A DNA stretch of 63,330 nucleotides, filler included, from Saprolegnia diclina VS20 (Eukaryota), in the NCBI RefSeq assembly GCF_000281045.1. It is 13 parts of 9 records of this genome, joined end to end, with 100 filler letters (N's around TTAATTAATTAA, not from the genome) between each part and the next. Parts side by side here need not be neighbours in the genome. Positions count along the whole stretch, not along the records: positions 35,090 to 37,375 come from NW_008246293.1; positions 37,476 to 46,541 come from NW_008246294.1; 11 more parts are not named here. One strand, 5' to 3'. Position 1 is the stretch's first letter. The number at the start of each line of letters is the position of its first letter. The notes beneath the pieces are model-generated. The model was not told the DNA's origin. It was given only the letters and a program-made list of their open reading frames with translations, and did no database searches. Of this stretch, positions 36,567 to 45,893 are shown in pieces. A program made the position numbers and the translations under genes.

Positions 36567-37375
36567 ATGGCCGACGAGCACTTCATCACGGTCACGACAC
36601 CCAAGGCCGGCGCCAACATTCTCGTTGACGTGCCCAAGACGACGCTCGAGTGGAAAAACATCACCAAGGTCGTCAAGGTCAAGAACCCGTCAACCAAGTC
36701 GGTCGACGACAAAACGATTCTCAACAATGTCAGCGGCATCGCTGTCCCCGGCGAGCTTATCGTGCTCATGGGCCCGTCCGGCGCCGGCAAGTCGTCGCTC
36801 CTCGACGTCATCGCTGGCCGCCAAAACGACTACACGGGCTCCGTCCTCGTTAACGGCCAAAAGTGGACAAAGCAAATGAAGAAGCTCTCATCGTACGTCA
36901 TGCAGGACGACGTCTTCTACGAGACGCTGACCGTCAAGGAACACCTCCTCTTCCAAGCCGAGCTTCGCATGGGCAAGACCTTTGACGCCGCCCAGCGCGA
37001 AGCCCGCGTCAACTACGTCATCGAAGAGCTTGGTCTCGACAAGTGTCGCCACTCGCAGATTGGCGGCGGCCGCATCCGTGGCATCTCGGGCGGTCAGCGC
37101 AAGCGCCTTAGCTTTGCGACCGAGATCTTGACCAACCCGTCGCTCTTGTTCGTGGACGAACCGACGTCGGGTCTCGACAGCTTCATGGCCGAGTCGGTCA
37201 TCCAACAGCTGCAGACGCTCGCGCGTGAAGGCCGCACGGTCATTGCGACGATCCACCAGCCTGCGTCGGAGCTCTTCGCCCTCTTTGACAAGCTCGTGTT
37301 GCTCTCGGATGGTCAAACTGTGTACAACGGCAAGGCGTCGGACGCGGTCGAGTACTTTGCGTCGCAGGGTTTTCC
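36567..37375 (+). CDS. ABCG/White-type half transporter, N-terminal NBD part (3' end in gap)
   Basis: Walker A GPSGAGKS, signature ISGGQRKR, Walker B LFVDEPTSGLD, TIHQP. Confidence 0.95.
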
Positions 37376-37475
37376 NNNNNNNNNNNNNNNNNNNNNNNNN
37401 NNNNNNNNNNNNNNNNNNNTTAATTAATTAANNNNNNNNNNNNNNNNNNNNNNNNNNNNNNNNNNNNNNNNNNNN

Positions 37476-37842
37476 CCTCGAGACCAACCACGCCGACGAC
37501 GCCGTCACGCACTTTGAGGCCGCGCTCGCCGCGCGCAAAGCCATTGGCGACGCCGAGTGCATCCGCCTCGCCAAGTGGATGGTGGCCCGCGGTCTGCGCG
37601 CGGCCAAGAAGAACGAAGACGCCATCAAGGTCCTCGCCGAGCTCGAGACCGAGTACGCGTCGATCGACGACTGCGACGGCTACGTCTGCGAAGAGATGGC
37701 CGAGAACCTCCACGAGCTCGGCCAGGACGAGGCCGCCAAGCCGTACTTTAAGAAGGCGTGGACCGCGCTCCAGAACGACACGCTCATGTGCGAGCACCAC
37801 CCCGAGCACCGTCTCGAGCGTCTCCACGAGCTCGGCAACTAG
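37476..37842 (+). CDS. TPR-like helical protein, C-terminal part (copy 1)
   Basis: AVTHFEAALAARKAIGD...AKWMVARGLRA...DGYVCEEMAENL...AKPYFKKAW. Confidence 0.75.
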
Positions 37843-38388
37843 GGTGTAGATATTGTTTTCCGTAACGAATACTGTTGTATGTACACGTGGCGTGCAGAGT
37901 GCGGCGAAAGTTCACATTTCTGTCGGTAAAATACATCGATGAAAATGTGGTCTTTGACGCCTTGCGATCCGCACTGGCGCGAAGCAGTATCTCTTGCCTT
38001 GGTTGCTCGGCCGTGCGTTGTCGGTTCTGCGCGGTTGGCATTCTTTGGCGTCGAGAAGGTTCGAGTTGAGGCTGTGTTCTTGCCGCGTCGTATCTTCGTT
38101 GCATGTACCTCGTCACGTGCAATGAGACTTGCGTGAAATCGACGAACTCTCGTAAGGTGAATCGGCGTTGGCTAATGTTTACCGCATAGTCAAAAGGACA
38201 TTGCGAGGATGCCTACCGTATATTTGCTTGTTGGTTCAAGACTGGAGGATCATTCTGTGCATATTACTTGCATTGCTAGCGCATAACAAGCCCTGAAAGG
38301 CGCACAGCGCGACGCGGAAATTCGTGCCTACCGGAAATTGGGTTGGAGGCCGGACGACCCTAGAAATAGGACCTTCGATCCGTAGAAT

Positions 38389-38458
38389 TTGAATAACTCA
38401 TTAAATGAGTTATTCAATGTCCGGGTCGTTGTTGAAATCTTCAACAACGACCCGGACA
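38389..38458. repeat. Two abutting perfect palindromes
   Basis: TTGAATAACTCATT-A-AATGAGTTATTCAA (38389-38417) immediately followed by TGTCCGGGTCGTTGTTGAA-ATC-TTCAACAACGACCCGGACA (38418-38458). Confidence 0.9.
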
Positions 38459-38655
38459 CGGCGAGCGGTTGTGTTTTGGTCTGTCACATATCTTCTCGCA
38501 ATCTGATTGGCCCCTTCGTTATCCGGATGGCCATCAATGACAACCAAACACGAGCGAACGCGATCCGGTCAAATCCTGTCAGATTCACCGCGCACCAGCA
38601 ACAAGCTTTGAACTCACAACTCATTCTGCTTCCTCCCAGCAACACTACCAGCAGC

Positions 38656-39129
38656 ATGCTCGCTCGCAACATCGCCCTCTTCGACGCCCCCAAGCCCTAC
38701 GGCCTCATGTGCTTGACGGTCACCATCCACGAAGCGCGCCAAACGCACGCCTCCGCCGTGTACGCCCAAATCAAGGTCCGCGACGACGTCCAGCTCCAGA
38801 CAACGAGCGCCAACAACGACTGGAACGAAACCTTCCACATCTACGTCGCCGAGCCCCGCGACGAGACGCTGTCCATCCAGCTCACTGACGCCTCGGCGTG
38901 GTTCAGTGGTGACGCCGGTGCCTGCACGATTCCGCTGGCGGGCCTCTTGAGCGGCGCGTCTGTGGATGCGTGGTTCCCGCTCACGGTCCGCGGCTCCCAG
39001 CAGGGCGAGGTCCGCTTGGGGTTGCAGCTCCGCGGTGACATTGCGACGTATGTCAAGGTGCACGGCGTTGATGTGACCAAGGCGCAGCCGCTGGCGTCGC
39101 CGGCCGGGACCACGGCAGCGGCGGCCTAG
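38656..39129 (+). CDS. C2-domain protein
   Basis: LTVTIHEAR...YAQIKV...WNETFHIYV...LSIQLTD...GACTIPL...DAWFPL...GEVRLGL. Confidence 0.85.
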   Translation: MLARNIALFDAPKPYGLMCLTVTIHEARQTHASAVYAQIKVRDDVQLQTTSANNDWNETFHIYVAEPRDETLSIQLTDASAWFSGDAGACTIPLAGLLSGASVDAWFPLTVRGSQQGEVRLGLQLRGDIATYVKVHGVDVTKAQPLASPAGTTAAAA

Positions 39130-39331
39130 ACGCGTGTAGTCGTTTCGCCGTATTTACTTCTATTAACCTTCAAACTTTATCGACCACTATGTCTTGATGG
39201 GATCTTCCACATTGCAGCATTGCACCAAGTTGTCAACCTGTCAAATACACTGTAACAGTGGATGCCTGTGAAACTAAATAGGTTACGATATGCAGTACTT
39301 CATGAAACCTGCATCATTTGATTTTACTGCC

Positions 39332-42300
39332 ATGACCTTGACCCTGGAAGCACAGCCATGTGGCCCAGTGCTCGGAACCCACGGCTGCTCGAAGCGGCTC
39401 TTCGCTCGACGAGCCCATGGAGAGCGCGTCCATGTTCGCGACCGAGTCGTTGAGTGGACGCAGGCGAATGGTGCGGTGTGCGACCGGACCTTCCGCTTCG
39501 ACGCGCCACCGCTCGACGTGGCCGTGCTGGCCGACGACGCCGACGATGAAGCAGCGACGCGCAAGAGTCTCTGCGTCTTGACGAGCCCCGATACGATCAC
39601 GTTCATCTCGGCGATGGGCACGGTCACGGACGTTCCACTGCCCTTCAAGGCGGCCGCGATCTTCGCCATGACCAAAGGTATCTTGATCCAGCGGCAGGCG
39701 ACGTCGCTCGTTCAAGCATCCGCGAGAGCCGGAAGGAGCCCGACGCTCTTTAGTCTCGTGCATCCGCTCGAAGAGATCAAGCCCGTCGTGCTCGAGACGC
39801 TGTCGGAGCCGCGGAGCTGCATGTTCGTCGCCGACCCGCTCGCGTCGGTGGTCCACGTACACGAGTCACCGCCGTTCGTTGTCTTTTACCACCACGACAA
39901 GACAACGCTGAGCATCAAGAGCATCATATCGTCGGCGCCCTCCGCGTCCAAGCCCAGCTCGATCGTTGCCGAGATCGTCTTGCGTGGAATTTGGGAGAGC
40001 CCCGAGCTCCCCAGCTCGGACCCGAGCGACACGAGCATCTTTGTCGCAAGCGACGTCGACGGGCAGCCTCTTCTCGCCATGATGCATCGCCCGAGCGCGC
40101 AGCTTCTTCTCCAACAGCTCGCATGGGACGGCTTGGAGCTCACGGTCCATCACGCGTCGCCGACAACGTTCCTTCCGTGCTGCGATGCAGTGCCGTTGCG
40201 TCGCGAGCACTTGTCCACCTTTGGCTACGACGTTCTCGTGCAAGAGCGTGATAGGCAACGTCTCGCGCTGTACCGAGGAGCTCATCGTCTGTGCGTCGTC
40301 ACCATCGACGCGCCACGTCCAGAGCGACGCGCAAAACTCCCTGCCTTTGGGCCCTCGAGCCCGATTGCAGCGCGCCCGGACGCGCCCAGTTTCGATATGA
40401 CGGATGCGATGCTCGACGAGACGCTTCCTCCCGTCGGAGAGCCGACGATCGCGGCTGGGGCCGCGCCTCTGACATTTGAAGTCACGCACAGCGATGGACG
40501 CTGTCAGCAGTTCCTTCTGCCGCTCAGCCTTGCGGCCTACCCGCTTCTACACCGGGCCTTTGCCGTCCTCGATGCACTGCTACCTCCACAGTTGGCGCTC
40601 ACATGGCGCCTGCAGGTGGTCGCGAGTCCCGAGCCGTGGGCTGCGTTTCAGAGCGCGCTCGTGCCGCCGATGGCACCAATGGAGCCTCCCATGTCTGCGT
40701 TTGAGAGGTTGCAAGCCTCAACCTTTCACGCTACGTACTACGGACTTCCGCTCTCCGGGCCTCGCACCTCGCGCCGAAGTGTACGCACCAACGTGCGAAC
40801 AAGGCCAATACCCGCACTCGACGAGCACATACGAGACATCTTTTGTGGGCTGCACTTGCTCTACGAAGACTTGAAGCTCTCGAGCCTTGTCTCGTTGCTC
40901 GTTGCTCCGCTCGGTGATATTCTCCATGCAATCGCGAGCACGCATCGCTGGACGTCGTACGTCGCACACTACGCGGCCGACCATGGACCACGGCCGATGG
41001 TAGCAGCAGCCGCCAAAGCACTGCCCGATCCCTTTCAAGGCCGTTGCAACGCGAGTCCTGTCGATATTTTTGCGTGGCTCCAGCACAAGATGGCGACCCA
41101 TCACTTCAACACAATGGAAGCCAACAAGAGTCAAGGCGTTGGACGCCAAGTGGACGCGTACCCGACGCTGCCTGTCCTAGCGCAAACGGCGACGGTCCTC
41201 GAACTCTACGACGCACTGTACCCGGAGGCCCCGATGCCGCTGCACGCGCGGGCGCGCTGCGTTGTCGCACGTCTTGCGGCGCTCTCGCTGCCGTGGGAGG
41301 ACCTCCCGGTCGGCGTCGCATTGCCGCTCAAGTACGCCGTGTATGTAACTAAGCACTTTCCCGATGCGTCCTTGAGCCCGGCCGAGTGCCGCCTCGTGAA
41401 CCGAGCCGACTTGCTTCCGGAGCACGACGTGCCGTGTGCACTGCCTTTGGTCGACAAGGAAACGCTGGACGCATCACGGGACAATGACGACGGGTTCTCC
41501 GACGTCCTTATCGCGAGTCAACCGCTCTTTCCAAAAGACCAGCGGCTCAAGGAGGTCTCTCGACTACTGCGCTCCAACAAGCCGATGCTGCTCAAAGTCC
41601 AACGCGAGGCGCACCATTCGGACGCAGATGTGCTCTCGCTGCAGCAAGCGCGACTGCTCTTGCTCTGTAAGCGCTCGATGAGCTTGTCGGTCGGTCGCGG
41701 CATGGTGACGCTCGGGAGCTTGACCGCGCAGCAGTCGTCGGTGTCGCCATATACGGCGCGGCTGTCGATCCCGCAGCTGCCGCTCACCGCGCGTGTGTCG
41801 GGCACGAACGCCAAGACTGTGCTTGACATTTCTGGCTACAAGGAGATTACGCATTGGCCGCAGTTTCACAACGGTGTCGCGACCGCACTGCGACTCTCGC
41901 CACACGACCGCGTCACGGTGCAGTGGGTGCTCTCGCATCAGCCCAAGCCGAGCACCGACGAGTCGGACGAAGCGGTTCGCTTGTACGAAGAAGCGTGTGC
42001 GGGCCACGCAGGCTTTCTCTTTGGTCTTGGTCTCCAAGGCCAGCTGCAATGCCAATCGCCGACAACAACGTACAAGTATCTCTCGCTTGGCGACGAGCTC
42101 ACGTCCGTCGGCTTCCTCCTTGGCACGGCCGCGAGCACGCTGCATCATCCAAAAGACATGAACATCGAGCGCGCGGTCTCCAAGATGCTTTCGATGCACA
42201 TTCCGTCGCTGTGGCCGCCGTCGTTTGCGCACTTGCACGTACCGGCGTCGGCCCAAACCGCCGCCATCATGGGTCTCGGGCTGCTCTACCACAGCACGGG

Positions 42301-44149
42301 CAACCGTCTCATGACGGAATTCCTCCTCACGGAAATGACCCAAGGCCCGGTTATGACAAGTGCCGGCGCTGCCTCGGGTACGGCCGCAACGCCGTCGACC
42401 GAAACGGTGCAGTTTGAAGGCTACGCGCTCACGACCGGCTTTGCGCTCGGACTCATTTTGCTCGGGCGAGAGAGTGACCCAGGGCTTGTGGACCTCAACG
42501 TGGATGCGAAGCTCACCAAGTACATGCTCGGCGGCGAGAAGGAGCGCGGCCATGGGTCGTGGGCGCCTACCGAGCTCAACTGCGTCCTCCGAACGCGCAA
42601 GTTGCAGCAGCGCGAGCTCATCAACGTCGACGTAACCGCGTCCGGCTCGGCGCTCGCGCTCGCGTTCATGTACATGTGGAGCAACAGCGCGTCGATCGGC
42701 CAGCGGCTCCACGTGCCGTCGACGCTCGTGCTCCTCGAGACCATCCGACCCGACGTGCTCTTTGTGCGTGCGCTGGCGGCCAACCTCGTGCTCTGGAACA
42801 GTATCGAGCCGACGCGCGCGTGGGTGCTCAACAAGCAGCTCCCGCCACCGCTTCGCCCGAGCGGCCTGCTGCACTGGGTCGCCATCGACGACGGCGGCGA
42901 TCCGACAACGATCCAAGAGGCGTACGCCAACATCATTGCTGGCGCGTGCTTTAGCATTGGGTTGAAGTTTGCGGGCACACACCACCCTGGCGCCAAGGGC
43001 GTCCTCATGAGCTTCCTCGACGAGTTCCAGCTCTGGCGCGCCAAGCTCGGGCGGGCCGCCAACGTGAGCCGCGTGACGCTCGAGCGCGTTCTTGGCACGA
43101 TTGCGCAGTCGCTGGCGCTTGTCATGGCCGGTACGGGGGACCTCGAATGCCTCCGCCTACTGCGGTCGCTTCTGCTGCGGCAAAAGGCCGACGCGCAGGG
43201 CGACATTACGTACGGCAACCACATGGCCATGAGCTCGGCGCTCGGTCTTCTCTTTCTCGGTGGTGGCCGCTGCTCATTGCGTAGCTCCCGCCTCGCAACC
43301 GCGATGCTCGTCGTCGCCTTGTACCCACTGTACCCGACCAAGACGACAGACCAGCGCTACCACTTGCAAGCCCTTCGGCATCTGTATGTGCTCGCGATCG
43401 ACCGGTCGCGGCTCGTGCGGGCGCTGGACGTCGACACGCATCACTGGACACCGATGCCCCTCCGCATATGGACGCAGTTTGGCGCCGCGCCATTGGAGGT
43501 GCGCACGCCGACGCTGCTGCCCGCACGAAGAATGCTGTGCCGGCTCGAGACGGCAGCGAACGATCATTTTCCGATCGTAATCGACTGGCGCACGAATGCC
43601 AACAGCCGCGCGTTGCTCTTGGAGCAGCACGGCGTGCTTCGCATCAAGCGCAAGCTGGGGGCCGATGCGCCGCGCGCGACGTTCTTTGCGTCGTTTTCAA
43701 ACCTCTTTGCGACCGCGTCGACGCACGAGTCGGCCGCCACGTGGATTGCGTTTTGCGCGCGCTTGTACGAAGAATGCAAGCGTGAGAACAAGCCCGACTG
43801 CATCGCCGTCTATCTGAACGCCAAGCGCACCGAGGTCGACGTACTCGAGCGCCGCATCACGCACACACTGCTCGTCGCCAACCTCCAGCTTGTGCAGCTG
43901 CACATGGAGCTCGATGCGCACATGTTTCGAGCCTGTGACGACGACGCATCGACCGAGCCGCACCGTGTTGGCCGCCTTGCGCAGCTCGTGAACGAAGACT
44001 TTACCCTCGGCTACAGCAATGCGCTCTTGGCGTCCTTCGAACAATTGGCGCTGCCCACCTCGATCGAGACAAACGAACCACCCAGCTCCCTCCTGCATGC
44101 CGCCTACCGCCGATACCTCGGGTCCCCGCTTCTCGCCCAGCTCGAATAG
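39332..44149 (+). CDS. APC1: Anaphase-promoting complex subunit 1 (intronless)
   Basis: FPKDQRLKEVSRLLRS, LSVGRGM, WPQFHNGVA, PC repeats (HAGFLFGLGLQG, VMAGTGDL), YGNHMA, DQRYHLQALRHLYVLA; INR/FPR-like motif at 39314. Confidence 0.96.
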   Translation: MTLTLEAQPCGPVLGTHGCSKRLFARRAHGERVHVRDRVVEWTQANGAVCDRTFRFDAPPLDVAVLADDADDEAATRKSLCVLTSPDTITFISAMGTVTDVPLPFKAAAIFAMTKGILIQRQATSLVQASARAGRSPTLFSLVHPLEEIKPVVLETLSEPRSCMFVADPLASVVHVHESPPFVVFYHHDKTTLSIKSIISSAPSASKPSSIVAEIVLRGIWESPELPSSDPSDTSIFVASDVDGQPLLAMMHRPSAQLLLQQLAWDGLELTVHHASPTTFLPCCDAVPLRREHLSTFGYDVLVQERDRQRLALYRGAHRLCVVTIDAPRPERRAKLPAFGPSSPIAARPDAPSFDMTDAMLDETLPPVGEPTIAAGAAPLTFEVTHSDGRCQQFLLPLSLAAYPLLHRAFAVLDALLPPQLALTWRLQVVASPEPWAAFQSALVPPMAPMEPPMSAFERLQASTFHATYYGLPLSGPRTSRRSVRTNVRTRPIPALDEHIRDIFCGLHLLYEDLKLSSLVSLLVAPLGDILHAIASTHRWTSYVAHYAADHGPRPMVAAAAKALPDPFQGRCNASPVDIFAWLQHKMATHHFNTMEANKSQGVGRQVDAYPTLPVLAQTATVLELYDALYPEAPMPLHARARCVVARLAALSLPWEDLPVGVALPLKYAVYVTKHFPDASLSPAECRLVNRADLLPEHDVPCALPLVDKETLDASRDNDDGFSDVLIASQPLFPKDQRLKEVSRLLRSNKPMLLKVQREAHHSDADVLSLQQARLLLLCKRSMSLSVGRGMVTLGSLTAQQSSVSPYTARLSIPQLPLTARVSGTNAKTVLDISGYKEITHWPQFHNGVATALRLSPHDRVTVQWVLSHQPKPSTDESDEAVRLYEEACAGHAGFLFGLGLQGQLQCQSPTTTYKYLSLGDELTSVGFLLGTAASTLHHPKDMNIERAVSKMLSMHIPSLWPPSFAHLHVPASAQTAAIMGLGLLYHSTGNRLMTEFLLTEMTQGPVMTSAGAASGTAATPSTETVQFEGYALTTGFALGLILLGRESDPGLVDLNVDAKLTKYMLGGEKERGHGSWAPTELNCVLRTRKLQQRELINVDVTASGSALALAFMYMWSNSASIGQRLHVPSTLVLLETIRPDVLFVRALAANLVLWNSIEPTRAWVLNKQLPPPLRPSGLLHWVAIDDGGDPTTIQEAYANIIAGACFSIGLKFAGTHHPGAKGVLMSFLDEFQLWRAKLGRAANVSRVTLERVLGTIAQSLALVMAGTGDLECLRLLRSLLLRQKADAQGDITYGNHMAMSSALGLLFLGGGRCSLRSSRLATAMLVVALYPLYPTKTTDQRYHLQALRHLYVLAIDRSRLVRALDVDTHHWTPMPLRIWTQFGAAPLEVRTPTLLPARRMLCRLETAANDHFPIVIDWRTNANSRALLLEQHGVLRIKRKLGADAPRATFFASFSNLFATASTHESAATWIAFCARLYEECKRENKPDCIAVYLNAKRTEVDVLERRITHTLLVANLQLVQLHMELDAHMFRACDDDASTEPHRVGRLAQLVNEDFTLGYSNALLASFEQLALPTSIETNEPPSSLLHAAYRRYLGSPLLAQLE

Positions 44150-44261
44150 CTGACGCTATCGTTGATCACTCTCGTCCATCCTCCAAGAATGCAATAACCA
44201 AGCACTGATGATAGAACATGCAGACTAGTATTAGATATATATCGACTAGATAGAAACGACT

Positions 44262-45237
44262 CTAGTTGCCGAGCTCGTGGAGACGCTCGAGACGGTGCTC
44301 GGGGTGGTGCTCGCACATGAGCGTGTCGTTCTGGAGCGCGGTCCACGCCTTCTTAAAGTACGGCTTGGCGGCCTCGTCCTGGCCGAGCTCGTGGAGGTTC
44401 TCGGCCATCTCTTCGCAGACGTAGCCGTCGCAGTCGTCAATCGACGCGTACTCGGTCTCGAGCTCGGCGAGGACCTTGATGGCGTCTTCGTTCTTCTTGG
44501 CCGCGCGCAGACCGCGGGCCACCATCCACTTGGCNNNNNNNNNNNNNNNNNNNNNNNNNNNNNNNNNNNNNNNNNNNNNNNNNNNNNNNNNNNNNNNNNN
44601 NNNNNNNNNNNNNNNNNNNNNNNNNNNNNNNNNNNNNNNNNNNNNNNNNNNNNNNNNNNNNNNNNNNNNNNNNNNNNNNNNNNNNNNNNNNNNNNNNNNN
44701 NNNNNNNNNNNNNNNNNNNNNNNNNNNNNNNNNNNNNNNNNNNNNNNNNNNNNNNNNNNNNNNNNNNNNNNNNNNNNNNNNNNNNNNNNNNNNNNNNNNN
44801 NNNNNNNNNNNNNNNNNNNNNNNNNNNNNNNNNNNNNNNNNNNNNNNNNNNNNNNNNNNNNNNNNNNNNNNNNNNNNNNNNNNNNNNNNNNNNNNNNNNN
44901 NNNNNNNNNNNNNNNNNNNNNNNNNNNNNNNNNNNNNNNNNNNNNNNNNNNNNNNNNNNNNNNNNNNNNNNNNNNNNNNNNNNNNNNNNNNNNNNNNNNN
45001 NNNNNNNNNNNNNNNNNNNNNNNNNNNNNNNNNNNNNNNNNNNNNNNNNNNNNNNNNNNNNNNNNNNNNNNNNNNNNNNNNNNNNNNNNNNNNNNNNNNN
45101 NNNNNNNNNNNNNNNNNNNNNNNNNNNNNNNNNNNNNNNNNNNNNNNNNNNNNNAAGATGGCCTCCGAGCCCTCGGGGTCCGGAAAGCTCGAGAGCGCGT
45201 GGAAGTACGGGTGGTAGATCTTGGTGTAGGTGTGCAT
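44262..45237 (-). CDS. TPR-like helical protein (copy 2, inverted; middle in gap)
   Basis: 3' 273 nt match copy 1 except one synonymous change; probable N-terminus MHTYTKIYHPYFHALSSFPDPEGSEAI after INR/FPR-like TCACATTTCAATTTACT. Confidence 0.75.
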
Positions 45238-45590
45238 CTTGGAGGCAGTAAATTGAAATGTGAGCTCACAAGGAGCCGTCCGCGGACAAGAGGCTGCGAA
45301 TCTTGGCGTATCTATGCGCGGCCATTTTGGCGCGTGTCGCGGAATGCTGGTCGGAGGATCGTGTCGGTTTTATGCTTCTTGAAGTTGGCGCATAGAAACA
45401 GATGTGTGGCGACACGTGGCGCCCAGAAACGCGGGCTGCGACGATCGCCGTGGGCGCCAGGGGTCTCTTCGCGGGTTCTCTTCGATGGACGTTCGACGTG
45501 GGGCTGACTGTGTTCGCGCGACTATGTACGTTGGGCAAGCGCCTCTCGTCGCTGGACATTTTCCAATTCGCTTTTAGCAACAACAACACT

Positions 45591-45893
45591 ATGGGCAAGC
45601 ACCACGCCACGCACCACGCGCCGTCCGTCGAAGCCGACGAGAAGACGATGCAATTCCTGACCAAGTTTATGAACACGGCGACCAAGGAAAAGCTCACCGA
45701 GACGTTCGAAGGCCACATCACGGACCACATGGCCGACCTGATTGTCGACCAGCGCCTCTTTGGCGGCCTCAAGCAGCTCGACGACATTCTCGAGAAGAAG
45801 ATCATGCGGAAAAAGCACTTTGAGGCGTTCCAAGACGTCGCGCTGCAGTGGGCCGTCGAGCACAAGCCCAAGGAGAAGCGAGAGACGGCATGA
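45591..45893 (+). CDS. Small protein with a helix-hairpin-helix (ComEA/HhH_3-like) pattern
   Basis: FMNTATKEKL...ADLIVDQRLFGGLKQLDDI resembles INTAxxEEL...AxxIVxxR..GxFxxxxDL; strong coding bias. Confidence 0.65.
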   Translation: MGKHHATHHAPSVEADEKTMQFLTKFMNTATKEKLTETFEGHITDHMADLIVDQRLFGGLKQLDDILEKKIMRKKHFEAFQDVALQWAVEHKPKEKRETA

